Assembly (NCBI GenBank): GCA_017882335.1
Contig: JADGPR010000006.1
Span: forward strand, 5,419-69,418
Reading direction: 5' to 3'
Source: Bacteroidales bacterium
GTDB taxonomy: Bacteria > Bacteroidota > Bacteroidia > Bacteroidales > FEN-979
Length of the DNA: 64,000 nucleotides
Below are positions 1 through 9,256 of this stretch, one piece after another. A program made the position numbers and the translations under genes. The notes under the pieces are model-generated. The model saw nothing but the letters and a program-made list of their open reading frames with translations. It was not told the DNA's origin and did not search any database. Within the stretch, counting starts at the first letter, position 1; every line of letters starts with the position of its first letter.

Positions 1-2
1 TC

Positions 3-224
3 ACGGAAATCGAAAGCATTGTCTCTTCAGGGACAAAGATCGACCTCAATTATTACATCGATGAATTTGTGGATCCATATCACCAGGAAGAAATATTTAA
101 TTATTTCCGTGAAGCTGAATCAGATTCTGTGGAGGAAGCCCTGACTACCCTGGGTGAAGATGAATACACGGAAGAAGAGATCCGGCTCATGCGGATCAAA
201 TTCATATCAGAATTAGGAAACTAA
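3..224 (+). CDS. 3' end of a gene that starts upstream of the window; the acidic C-terminal tail resembles the C-terminal extension of Bacteroidota RecQ-type helicases (uncertain)
   Basis: The frame is open from the window edge to TAA at 222-224. It reads ...IDLNYYIDEFVDPYHQEEIFNYFREAESDSVEEAL..EEEIRLMRIKFISELGN*. It is absent from the ORF track because no start codon lies in the window. Confidence 0.35.
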   Translation, partial: TEIESIVSSGTKIDLNYYIDEFVDPYHQEEIFNYFREAESDSVEEALTTLGEDEYTEEEIRLMRIKFISELGN

Positions 225-238
225 AAACCATCCAGACC

Positions 239-940
239 ATGCAAGACGACTACAACAACAAACCTGAGGTTCCTCAGGCAGGTGAACAGGCTTTTCCGCC
301 AGTAAAATTGGAAGAACCCATAAAAGAAAAAATGAACATCTTTCAAGGCCATCTCGCAATCGAAATGATCCTTCTCATTGGATTAGCCGTGCTTTATGTT
401 CTCTTTTTTACTTCAAAGAAAACCGCAGAACCCGACATTTCATTGGCGTACCAGAAATCAGGATCCAAATCGGTAAGAGTGGTGTTTATCAACATTGATT
501 CGCTGAACAACCAGTACGTGTTTGTGAAAAAACTGAAAACCGAACTGGAGGCGACTGGAAAACGCCTTGAGTCGGAAATCCTGTCAGAACAGGCGGCCTT
601 TGAAAAGGAAGCAACCAATTTCCAGAAACAAGCTGCAGCCAATGCTATCCCTGAAGATAAGGCAAAGATCATGTATGAGGCCCTGATGCAAAAACAACAG
701 GCACTGGCCGATAAGAAAGAACGGTATACACAGCAGGTAGCTGAAAAAGAACAGGCTATGCACCTGACCTTGCTCGACACCGTAACCAATTTCCTGAAAA
801 GATACAACCGGGCCTATAAATTCGACTACATACTCGGATATGCAAATGCAGGCCAGATCCTTCTTGCCAGCGATACCCTCGATATCACTGCCGATGTTGT
901 AAAGGAATTGAACAAAGAATACAAGGAAAAAGGAAAATAA
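239..940 (+). CDS. OmpH/Skp-like periplasmic chaperone family protein
   Basis: 233-aa ORF with a hydrophobic anchor (LAIEMILLIGLAVLYVLFF), a long K/E/Q/A-rich coiled coil, and an OmpH-like C-terminal end (FDYILGY..GQILLASDTLDIT..ELNKEY). Confidence 0.6.
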   Translation: MQDDYNNKPEVPQAGEQAFPPVKLEEPIKEKMNIFQGHLAIEMILLIGLAVLYVLFFTSKKTAEPDISLAYQKSGSKSVRVVFINIDSLNNQYVFVKKLKTELEATGKRLESEILSEQAAFEKEATNFQKQAAANAIPEDKAKIMYEALMQKQQALADKKERYTQQVAEKEQAMHLTLLDTVTNFLKRYNRAYKFDYILGYANAGQILLASDTLDITADVVKELNKEYKEKGK

Positions 941-946
941 CCTTTT

Positions 947-1318
947 ATGCGGCTTGCTATCATATTCTGCCTGCTATGTTTCCTGGCTTCCTGCGGCGGT
1001 CCTAAAAAAGAATTGCTTCCGGGAAGGTTGTCGGCCGATTCGGTCATTCCGCGTGACGAAATGATCCGCATTCTGGTGGATGTCCACCTGGTTGAGGCGA
1101 GCCTGAATCTTCAGAAAGACCGGCGAGGAAATGTTCCTTTGCTGACCCAAAACTATTATCAATGGTTATGCAGGAAATATCATATGTCGCACCAGCGTTT
1201 CAGAAATAATCTGAATTACTACAAGATGGATACTGAGAATTTCAGCAAGATGTATGAAGAGGTGGTGAAGAATTTAAACGACAAGGCAAATAAGCCAGGA
1301 CGACCCGGAAAAAAATAG
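947..1318 (+). CDS. small lipoprotein (DUF4296-like)
   Basis: Signal peptide plus lipobox (LLCFLASCGG). The central motif DEMIRILVDVHLVEASL is typical of this small Bacteroidota family. Confidence 0.5.
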   Translation: MRLAIIFCLLCFLASCGGPKKELLPGRLSADSVIPRDEMIRILVDVHLVEASLNLQKDRRGNVPLLTQNYYQWLCRKYHMSHQRFRNNLNYYKMDTENFSKMYEEVVKNLNDKANKPGRPGKK

Positions 1319-1340
1319 CGCATGTTACCGGTTACACCCC

Positions 1341-1754
1341 CTATTTTTTTGTAAAAACTGCCTGGATATTAATCAGGTTTGCTCCGTCATGGAGTGAATA
1401 AGGCCAGTCGATCCGGGTGGTGCCGGAAACCGTACCGCTGCCGTTAACAATCCAGCCGGGGGAAAGCAGATCGTCGCCTTTCAATGTCACTGTAACTCCC
1501 GATAAATAGGCAGTAGCTTTTGAATTCACACCGGACCCGGCAAAATTGCTGATCAGAATACCGTTTGTAGTTGTGGAATCAATCTCGAAGGTTACCTCAT
1601 AGGTCGCCTTTTTCTTCGATTCACTTACCAGCCATTTTCCGGTAAGTGAGGCCCGGGTTAATGCCAGCGTAGTTCCATTATCCTTATTACAGGACGAGAT
1701 GAAAAATCCTGCAACAAGAGAGAATAGCAGGATGTATTTATTGATGCTTTTCAT
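1341..1754 (-). CDS. lipoprotein, beta-rich (lipocalin-like), function unknown
   Basis: 137-aa ORF with a lipobox (FFISSCNKD). The rest is an alternating beta-strand-like sequence. Confidence 0.5.
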   Translation of the reverse strand: MKSINKYILLFSLVAGFFISSCNKDNGTTLALTRASLTGKWLVSESKKKATYEVTFEIDSTTTNGILISNFAGSGVNSKATAYLSGVTVTLKGDDLLSPGWIVNGSGTVSGTTRIDWPYSLHDGANLINIQAVFTKK

Positions 1755-1790
1755 TTTTCAATAGTTAATTTTTCATGTTTGTTTGCGATT

Positions 1791-1855
1791 CCTGATCCTG
1801 GATGCTAGATGCTGCCTGCCTGCCGCAGGCAGGGATGCTGTTATTTCCTGGATGG
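1791..1855. repeat. heptamer array + GC hairpin element (copy 1, intergenic)
   Basis: The sequence is cctgatc CTGGATG CTAGATG CTG-CCTGCCTGC-C-GCAGGCAGG-GATGCTG.. The core is a 19-bp perfect palindrome flanked by GATGCTG on both sides. Confidence 0.85.
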
Positions 1856-1896
1856 TTAAGAACATTAAGGTAATACCTTTATTCTTCAAACATTTT

Positions 1897-2427
1897 TTAA
1901 ACTAAATTATTGTGATTTTTCCGAAGGATAAGGAAAACGTAAAAGCTGAAGACCATGGTGGTGATTACCTGTGCAATCAGAAAAGAAGGATCCGCTTCTT
2001 CCTTGAGAAACATCATGGAAAAGAAAACCAGGTATAGGGTATAGCAAAGAACCTTGCTGACAACAATAGAAATGATCATCGACAGAAAAGCAGAATCAAT
2101 TTTCCTGAGGAGATAATAAAACAGGAAAACATTGGCTATCATCTCACCCGTCATGACCAGCATTTTGAAAAATTCCGGATGCCCTGATACAGCCCAGGAA
2201 AACATAGATAAGGTAAAGGCCAGGAGGTAAGAATTTACACGGGAAGAATGGGCAATAGATAACACAACCATCAGGCGCATGGGTTCGATCATGTAAAATG
2301 GCAGATGAATGATCTCACCAATTTTAGGAGTGAACATGACAAGAACAAGGGCAGCAATATCAAGGAGTATTGCACTACTGATATCCCGAGCCTGGATGGA
2401 TGAAAGGTTAAATTTTATCAGATTCAT
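1897..2427 (-). CDS. integral membrane protein, function unknown
   Basis: 176-aa ORF with about 5 hydrophobic spans and no recognisable catalytic motif. Confidence 0.45.
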   Translation of the reverse strand: MNLIKFNLSSIQARDISSAILLDIAALVLVMFTPKIGEIIHLPFYMIEPMRLMVVLSIAHSSRVNSYLLAFTLSMFSWAVSGHPEFFKMLVMTGEMIANVFLFYYLLRKIDSAFLSMIISIVVSKVLCYTLYLVFFSMMFLKEEADPSFLIAQVITTMVFSFYVFLILRKNHNNLV

Positions 2428-2474
2428 TAAAGAGTAGCGTGAATACTGATGTAAAGTTAAGAAATATTTTTATT

Positions 2475-3236
2475 TCAGGAAGGAAGTAGGGAAGAACCTA
2501 TTTTCTGTGCGAGCTTATCGGCAAGACGGCTTGCCCCGATCCTGAAGAGGTTTTTGTTGAGCCAGCCTGCTCCAAGGATCCGCTCTGTAAGGAGATAATA
2601 TTGAACTGCCTGATCGGGTTCAGATATTCCACCGGCAGGCTTGATTCCAATTTTCTTGCCGGATTTTTCATACTGTTCGCGTATCACTTCCAGCATGATT
2701 TCCATGGCTTCTTCGGTGGCGGCGGGCTGAATCTTCCCGGTTGAAGTTTTGATGAAATCGGCTCCTGCGGCGATGGCTATCTCACTTGCTTTGCGTATGA
2801 GAGCGGGGCTCTTGAGTTCACCCGTTTCAAGGATCACTTTCAGGTGAACCTCTTTGCAAACTTCACGGATGGCTGCGATCTCATCGAAGACATAACATTC
2901 ATCTCCTTCCAGCAGGCGGCCCCTTGAAATCACCATATCGATCTCGTCGGCTCCCTCGTTTATGGTGTATCTGACTTCCTCAAGCCTTATAGCTAATGGC
3001 GATTGGCCGCTCGGAAATGCTCCTGCTACGGCTGCTACCCGGATACCGGTTCCTTTCAGTTGATTTTTTGCCAACCTTACAAACGGTGGATAAACGCAGA
3101 CAGCAGCAGGCAATGGTAGTCCGGATTCGCCGAATGAACATGCTTTTCGGCACAATTCAATAATCCTTCCGTTATTATCGCTGCCTTCAAGTGTCGTTAG
3201 GTCAATGCATGATAAAAGAGTGCGAAAAGAGTCCAT
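2475..3236 (-). CDS. deoC: deoxyribose-phosphate aldolase
   Basis: Motifs IDLTTLEG, VCVYP, EIDMVI, KVILETGEL, and the Schiff-base lysine in FIKTSTGK. Confidence 0.85.
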   Translation of the reverse strand: MDSFRTLLSCIDLTTLEGSDNNGRIIELCRKACSFGESGLPLPAAVCVYPPFVRLAKNQLKGTGIRVAAVAGAFPSGQSPLAIRLEEVRYTINEGADEIDMVISRGRLLEGDECYVFDEIAAIREVCKEVHLKVILETGELKSPALIRKASEIAIAAGADFIKTSTGKIQPAATEEAMEIMLEVIREQYEKSGKKIGIKPAGGISEPDQAVQYYLLTERILGAGWLNKNLFRIGASRLADKLAQKIGSSLLPS

Positions 3237-3251
3237 TGTTGTTGCGGGATG

Positions 3252-5567
3252 TCAGAATGTAAAGTTGATCCCCATGCTGGGCATGAGTGGTAACTGGTCA
3301 ATGCGCTTATAACTAACCCGGTCGAAATAGAAAATATTCTGTTGGTTTAATGCATTGGTAAGGCTGGCGCTGATTTCAATTTTCGTGTAGCGTCCAAGAT
3401 CGAATTTCTTCTTAAGATTAAGGTCCAGCCTGCTGTAATAGGGCAACCTGCCTTTGTTGTATTCTGCATACATGATTCCGAGGGTTCCGTTCTGGTTTAT
3501 CACGGTGGTTCCTATATCATTGAAATTGATTTGCTCATAGAAACCGGCGGTTTGTGTAAAGGGAAACCCGGAGCCGTAATTCCAACGCACATCTACCTCC
3601 CAGCCCTGGTGTTTGCCGAATACATAAGAAGCCGTGAGATTAACATTGTGCCGGCGGTCATATACAGGCACATACCATGTCTGCCCATCATACCTGTGAA
3701 TAAAACATAGGGAATAGACTCCCCAGAAGTGTAATTGTTTGTAGTCATAACGAAGGGAAACATCAATACCCTCTGCATCTCCCGTTTCAATGACAAAATC
3801 TTTTTTCAGATAATCCGGTTTATCGGCATTTTCCGGAATATCTTCGTAAAGTTTATTTCTGTTCAGGGTGGTAAGTTGTGGATAGTATTTGTAATAGCCT
3901 TCCACATTCAGGGAAAGGTTTTTAAAAAGATCGGCTTCAAAGCCGAACACCACCTGGTCGGATTTTTGATACTTGCTGGTTACCGTATGCCCATTGAATT
4001 TTTCCGGAAGGTTGTTGGGTCCTCCGATAAAACCATAGAAAAGATTGACGACATCCTTATCATAGGTTGTGCTGACAAGATTCTGTGAATAGAGACCGGC
4101 AGCCATTTTTAACCGGAATCGTTCGCTGACATTGAATTTGATGGCCAGGCGGGGTTCAATGGAGGCAGATCCAAGGGAAGCATAATATTGCAGGCGCACC
4201 CCCGGTTCAAAAATAAATTTACCCATCAGCCATTTGTATTTTACATAAACGGAAGGATCGGTGGTATTCTGATCTGTGATGATGCTTCGGTTTACGGAAT
4301 TGAAGAAAGTAAGGTTGGTTTTGTAACCGCTCAGGTCAATTCCATATTTGAGGGCATCCTTCCCGAAAAAATAGGTAAAATGAAATCCCCCTGAAAAACC
4401 TGAAATGGAACTGGATCTGGGTGAAGTATTTGCCTGTTGAAGTGTTACCTTATATTGGGAATAGGCAAAATTACCCTCAAGAAGAACAGGCGACCCCCCC
4501 GGGATGACGATAAAATTGGTTCCACCCCCATAGGAATCCCACTGGTAATTTTGCAGTACCTTGTATTGAACGTTATCGGTAAAATCAAAACCATAGAGGT
4601 TTATTTTACTGCCATTGGATGCACTGATGGATATCTTGCCGTAAATGTCCAGGTAATTATAAGGTAAACCGTTTTTATCGATATAGCTGTACAAAGCTTT
4701 TGAACTCTCTTTGAGGTAAGAGTTTTTTACTGAAAGGATGAAGGATGCGCCGGACCCGTCTTCTCCTTTTGCCCTGGCGATAGGCCCTTCCACTAAGACT
4801 TTTGCTCCGAAGGTACTTACGTCTATCTTCCCTGCAATACGGTTCTTGTTCCCGTCGCGGGTGGTTATATTCATGATGGAAGAGATCCTTCCCCCGTATT
4901 CTGCACCAAAACCACCGGTCATTACATCCACATTTTTCAGGATGTCCACATCAAACACGGAGAAGAGCCCGATGGAATGAAACGGCTGGTAGAGTTCCAT
5001 CCCGTCCAGCAATACCTTGTTCTGGATCGGGGGGCCGCCACGGATGTAAAGTTGCCCTCCCTGGTCGCCGGAAAAGATTACCCCAGGAAGAACCTGGAGG
5101 TACTGTGCCAGGTCGGGTTGCCCGCCAATGGTGGGGATCTGCCCGATGTCTTTCGGCGTTATTTTTATAATGGAGGTCTGTGTTTCAACTTTTTTATCCT
5201 CCCTTGCGGCAGAAATACTGAACTCTCCCAGCGTAAAGGTGGATTTTTTCAGATACAATTTTTTAGTAATCAGATCGTTGCTTTTGATCGTAATGGGGAT
5301 TTGTAAAGTATCAAACCCCATATAGGAAACCATTAAGGTATATTGTCCTGGGGGAATCTTCATGATGGAAAAAAAACCATTCACATCCGTGGCTGCCCCT
5401 AATGACGTTTTATAAAGGTAAACATTGGTGAAAATCACCGGCTCTCCACTCTCTGTTTCGTAAACAAAGCCCCGTATGACCCCGGTTTGCGCCTGGGTCC
5501 GTGAAGAGATCGCGTAAATTAAAAAGGAAATGACAAGGAAAAACAAAAATAGTAACTTAGGCCTCAT
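3252..5567 (-). CDS. TonB-dependent receptor-like outer-membrane protein with N-terminal carboxypeptidase-regulatory-like domain
   Basis: 771 aa with a signal peptide, a CarboxypepD_reg-like N-terminus (GVIRGFVYE..GEPV..NVYL..TDVNGFFSI..PGQYTL), a plug-like region, and a long beta-barrel ending ...SMGINFTF. Confidence 0.8.
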   Translation of the reverse strand: MRPKLLFLFFLVISFLIYAISSRTQAQTGVIRGFVYETESGEPVIFTNVYLYKTSLGAATDVNGFFSIMKIPPGQYTLMVSYMGFDTLQIPITIKSNDLITKKLYLKKSTFTLGEFSISAAREDKKVETQTSIIKITPKDIGQIPTIGGQPDLAQYLQVLPGVIFSGDQGGQLYIRGGPPIQNKVLLDGMELYQPFHSIGLFSVFDVDILKNVDVMTGGFGAEYGGRISSIMNITTRDGNKNRIAGKIDVSTFGAKVLVEGPIARAKGEDGSGASFILSVKNSYLKESSKALYSYIDKNGLPYNYLDIYGKISISASNGSKINLYGFDFTDNVQYKVLQNYQWDSYGGGTNFIVIPGGSPVLLEGNFAYSQYKVTLQQANTSPRSSSISGFSGGFHFTYFFGKDALKYGIDLSGYKTNLTFFNSVNRSIITDQNTTDPSVYVKYKWLMGKFIFEPGVRLQYYASLGSASIEPRLAIKFNVSERFRLKMAAGLYSQNLVSTTYDKDVVNLFYGFIGGPNNLPEKFNGHTVTSKYQKSDQVVFGFEADLFKNLSLNVEGYYKYYPQLTTLNRNKLYEDIPENADKPDYLKKDFVIETGDAEGIDVSLRYDYKQLHFWGVYSLCFIHRYDGQTWYVPVYDRRHNVNLTASYVFGKHQGWEVDVRWNYGSGFPFTQTAGFYEQINFNDIGTTVINQNGTLGIMYAEYNKGRLPYYSRLDLNLKKKFDLGRYTKIEISASLTNALNQQNIFYFDRVSYKRIDQLPLMPSMGINFTF

Positions 5568-5699
5568 AAAGATGATAATGGTAGTAAATAAAATTTATGC
5601 TACAAAAATAGATATTCTGACCTAGAAAAAAAATAAATTAAAGAGAGGTTACTCCGGCATGGGTTCACCTGCTCTTTAGGTTATTCAGAATTTTATTTT

Positions 5700-5707
5700 T
5701 ACTTTTG
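5700..5707 (+). promoter_or_regulatory. Bacteroidota-type -7 promoter box (TAnnTTTG) upstream of iorA
   Basis: TACTTTTG, 28 nt upstream of the ATG at 5735. Confidence 0.45.
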
Positions 5708-5734
5708 TCCATAATAAATAATTTTAATAGGATT

Positions 5735-7351
5735 ATGCAAAGACTTCTACTTCTGGGAGATGAAGCCATCGCTCAGGGAGCACTGGATGCCGGACTGTCG
5801 GGGATTTACGCCTACCCGGGAACGCCATCCACTGAAATCACTGAATTTGTTCAGTACTCAAAGCAAGCGAAACAGGATAAGATTCATTCAACATGGTCGG
5901 CAAATGAAAAGACCGCCATGGAATCTGCTCTTGGAATGTCCTATGCCGGCAAACGGTCCATGGTATGTATGAAGCATGTCGGACTGAATGTTGCGGCTGA
6001 TCCCTTTGTGAACTCAGCAATCACAGGTGCTAATGGGGGATTGATTATCGTGGCCGCCGATGATCCTTCCATGCACTCTTCCCAGAATGAACAGGATTCA
6101 CGGTTTTTTGGAAAATTTGCTATGGTGCCTATCCTTGAGCCGGTAAACCAGCAGGAAGCCTATGATATGGTTCACTATGGATTTGATTTTTCGGAACGTT
6201 ACAAAGTTCCCGTGATGATGCGGATCACCACCCGCCTGGCCCATTCCCGTGCCGGTGTGAAAAGGAAAGATCCCCGGAAAAGGAATGACCTGAAACTCCC
6301 GGAAAACCTCCAGCAGTTTGTCCTATTGCCTGCCCTTGCACGGAAAAGATACCGGAACCTTTTAAAGGCACAGGATTTCTTCGAACAGGAATCAGAAACA
6401 TCACCCTTTAATCAATTCATTGATGGCCCTGACAAATCTCTTGGGATCATTGTTTGTGGTATCGCCTATAATTATTTGATGGAGAATTATCCCGACCGGC
6501 ATGTTCCACATCCTGTTCTGAAAATCGGGCAGTATCCTTTGCCAAGGAAAATGATCGACCGGCTTTATTCGGAATGTAAGGAAATCCTTGTTCTCGAGGA
6601 TGGTTACCCCATCGTGGAAGAATCCCTGAAAGGATTGCTTGGTAAAGGATTGAAAATAAAAGGCCGGCTCGATGGAACCGTTCCCAGGGATGGTGAGCTG
6701 AACCCAAATATCGTCACGGTATCTCTGGGAATGAAAGACACCTATGGCTTGCCAGTTCCTTCACTGATGGTTGAACGTCCACCTTCATTGTGTTCAGGCT
6801 GCCCGCACATCGATTCATTCAAAGCGATAAACGAAGTTCTTGCAGTCTTGCCGAAAGGGCGTGTTTTCTCCGATATCGGTTGCTATACGCTGGGCGCTTT
6901 GAAACCCTACGAAGCCATCAACTCCTGTGTGGATATGGGCGCTTCGATCACGATGGCGAAAGGCGCGGCGGATGCCGGACTGATCCCTTCCGTTGCCGTT
7001 ATCGGCGACTCTACCTTTACCCATTCGGGAATGACAGGATTACTGGATGCCGTCAATGATAAATCGCCGATCACCATTTTTATCCTTGATAATGGCACTA
7101 CTGCCATGACCGGCGGCCAGGACTCACCGGCATTCGGAAAGATCGAAGATATATGTAAAGGAATGGGGGTGGAAGAGGGACATCTTCATGTACTCCGCCC
7201 GCTGAAGAAATTTCACGAAGAAAATGTTAAGATCATCAATGAAGAACTTGCCTATCCGGGGGTTTCGGTTATCATTCCGCGGCGGGAATGCATCGTAACC
7301 ATTGATAAACGTGTCAGGGAAAAATTCAAACAGGCAGAAACGGCCGGATAA
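5735..7351 (+). CDS. iorA: indolepyruvate:ferredoxin oxidoreductase, alpha subunit (TPP-dependent)
   Basis: N-terminus LLLGDEAIAQGALDAGL..YPGTPSTEI, Cys cluster LCSGCPH, and TPP-binding motif GDSTFTHSG. I prefer the ATG at 5735 to the upstream track start because a TACTTTTG box sits at 5700-5707. Confidence 0.85.
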   Translation: MQRLLLLGDEAIAQGALDAGLSGIYAYPGTPSTEITEFVQYSKQAKQDKIHSTWSANEKTAMESALGMSYAGKRSMVCMKHVGLNVAADPFVNSAITGANGGLIIVAADDPSMHSSQNEQDSRFFGKFAMVPILEPVNQQEAYDMVHYGFDFSERYKVPVMMRITTRLAHSRAGVKRKDPRKRNDLKLPENLQQFVLLPALARKRYRNLLKAQDFFEQESETSPFNQFIDGPDKSLGIIVCGIAYNYLMENYPDRHVPHPVLKIGQYPLPRKMIDRLYSECKEILVLEDGYPIVEESLKGLLGKGLKIKGRLDGTVPRDGELNPNIVTVSLGMKDTYGLPVPSLMVERPPSLCSGCPHIDSFKAINEVLAVLPKGRVFSDIGCYTLGALKPYEAINSCVDMGASITMAKGAADAGLIPSVAVIGDSTFTHSGMTGLLDAVNDKSPITIFILDNGTTAMTGGQDSPAFGKIEDICKGMGVEEGHLHVLRPLKKFHEENVKIINEELAYPGVSVIIPRRECIVTIDKRVREKFKQAETAG

Positions 7352-7406
7352 AAAATTTTGACAATTCCCAGATGTTTGAATACTAATCTCAGAATTGATT
7401 ATAAAA

Positions 7407-7994
7407 ATGAAAAGAGACATTATACTGGCCGGTGTAGGCGGCCAGGGAATTATATCCATCGCAGCCATCATCGGTACAGCCGCTCTTGAGCAAGGCCTTT
7501 TTCTTAAACAATCGGAAGTCCATGGAATGAGCCAGCGGGGAGGTGATGTACAATCCAACCTGAGGATTTCAGACAAGGAAATAGCTTCCGATTTAATTCC
7601 ATACGGAAAAGCCGACCTGATCATCTCTGTTGAGCCCCTGGAAGCTTTACGGTACCTGCCTTTACTCTCTCCCGATGGGTGGGTGATCACAAGTACCAAA
7701 CCTTTCATCAATATTCCGGAATATCCTCAGATGGACAAAGTAATGGATGAAATCCGGAAATTACCACATTATATTGCCTTGGATGCCGATGAAATTGCAA
7801 AGGAAATCGGGACATTAAAAGCAGCGAATATTGTGATCCTGGGCGCAGCTTCCCCTTTTCTTGATATGCAATATGAAAAGCTGGAAGATGCCATCCGTTT
7901 TATTTTCCGGAATAAGGGAGAGGAGGTGATCAAGAAAAATCTCCAGGCTTTAAAAGCCGGAAAGGATTTTACTGAAAGGCAAATGCATCCATAA
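7407..7994 (+). CDS. iorB: indolepyruvate:ferredoxin oxidoreductase, beta subunit
   Basis: MKRDIILAGVGGQGI.., about 195 aa, immediately downstream of iorA. Confidence 0.8.
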   Translation: MKRDIILAGVGGQGIISIAAIIGTAALEQGLFLKQSEVHGMSQRGGDVQSNLRISDKEIASDLIPYGKADLIISVEPLEALRYLPLLSPDGWVITSTKPFINIPEYPQMDKVMDEIRKLPHYIALDADEIAKEIGTLKAANIVILGAASPFLDMQYEKLEDAIRFIFRNKGEEVIKKNLQALKAGKDFTERQMHP

Positions 7995-8009
7995 TTGTAG
8001 TTTTTTTCT

Positions 8010-8017
8010 TATCTTTG
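8010..8017 (+). promoter_or_regulatory. -7 promoter box (TAnnTTTG) upstream of the SPT-like operon
   Basis: TATCTTTG, 34 nt upstream of the ATG at 8051. Confidence 0.45.
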
Positions 8018-8050
8018 AATTTTAGCAACAGCGCCAAAAGAACATCATCT

Positions 8051-9238
8051 ATGAGGATATTACAACGGAAAACATCACATTATACTGAACCGCAGAAAGT
8101 TGAAAGAATGGGTCTTTATCCCTTCTTCAGGGTCATTGAATCCGAGCAGGACACTACGGTAACCATGAATGGTAAAAAGGTTCTGATGTTCGGCTCCAAC
8201 AGCTATATGGGGCTTACCAATCATCCCAAGATCAAGGAAGCATCCATAAAAGCAATCGAAAAATACGGAAGTGGCTGTGCCGGTTCCCGCTTTCTTAACG
8301 GAACCCTCGACATTCATATTGAACTTGAGCGAAAGTTGGCCGAATATGTCAATAAGGATGCGGCATTGGTGTTCAGTACAGGATTCCAGGTTAATCTTGG
8401 CGTGATTCCTACCGTTACCGGAAGGAATGATTATATCCTTATCGACGAACTCGACCATGCTTCCATCTTTGAAGCTACCCGGTTGTCGTTCGCAAAGGTA
8501 TTGAAATTCCGCCACAACGACATGCATTCCCTTGAACGCCTGCTGAAACAATGTGAACCCGGTAAGATCAAACTCATCGTGGTTGACGGGATCTACAGCA
8601 TGGAAGGAGATATTGCCGACCTGCCCGGGATCGTGAATCTGGCTGAGAAATATGAGGCCACCGTAATGGTAGATGATGCCCATGCGATCGGCGTGATCGG
8701 GGAACATGGCTCAGGAACTGCATCCCATTTCGGCCTGACCGATAAAGTCGACCTCATTATGGGTACTTTCAGCAAATCGCTGGCATCATTAGGAGGTTTT
8801 ATTGCCAGTGATTTTGATACGATCAATTACATAAAGCACCATTCCCGCACGCTGATTTTCAGCGCTAGTATGACACCTGCATCAGCAGCAACAGTCCTCG
8901 CAGCAATCGATATCATCAAAGCCGAACCCGAAAGAATGGTCAATCTCTGGGAGGTCACCCACTATGCCATCGATAATTTCAAACGGATGGGTTTTGATAT
9001 CGGGAAGAGTGAAACACCGATCATCCCGCTTTATATCAGAGACAACCTGAAGACCCTCAAGCTGACACGAATGTTGCTCGATGAAGGAATCTTTGTAAAC
9101 CCTGTCGTCTCACCGGCTGTCAGCAAAGATTCTACACTGATCCGCTTTTCTCTCATGGCTACCCATACCAAAGCACAGGTCGACATTGCCCTCGACAAAT
9201 TTAATAAACTGGGGAAAAAGCTAGGCATCATTCATTGA
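8051..9238 (+). CDS. alpha-oxoamine synthase (PLP), serine-palmitoyltransferase-like
   Basis: Motifs YPFFRVIES..V.M.GKKVLMFGSNSYMGLT, GSRFLNGT, DGIYSMEGD, VDDAHA, and the PLP lysine in GTFSKSLASLGGF. FSKS and GSRFLNGT are SPT/ALAS-like rather than Kbl-like. I prefer the ATG at 8051 because a TATCTTTG box at 8010-8017 overlaps the track start. Confidence 0.7.
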   Translation: MRILQRKTSHYTEPQKVERMGLYPFFRVIESEQDTTVTMNGKKVLMFGSNSYMGLTNHPKIKEASIKAIEKYGSGCAGSRFLNGTLDIHIELERKLAEYVNKDAALVFSTGFQVNLGVIPTVTGRNDYILIDELDHASIFEATRLSFAKVLKFRHNDMHSLERLLKQCEPGKIKLIVVDGIYSMEGDIADLPGIVNLAEKYEATVMVDDAHAIGVIGEHGSGTASHFGLTDKVDLIMGTFSKSLASLGGFIASDFDTINYIKHHSRTLIFSASMTPASAATVLAAIDIIKAEPERMVNLWEVTHYAIDNFKRMGFDIGKSETPIIPLYIRDNLKTLKLTRMLLDEGIFVNPVVSPAVSKDSTLIRFSLMATHTKAQVDIALDKFNKLGKKLGIIH

Positions 9239-9256
9239 TAAAATCCAGGAAAACAT

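Noticed and set aside
5735-9238. Functional link between iorAB (2-oxoacid:ferredoxin oxidoreductase producing acyl-CoA) and the downstream SPT-like lipid operon
   Set aside because: Adjacency only. A separate TAnnTTTG box at 8010-8017 suggests an independent transcript, and IorAB has a well-known role in aromatic amino-acid catabolism. The link is too speculative to claim.
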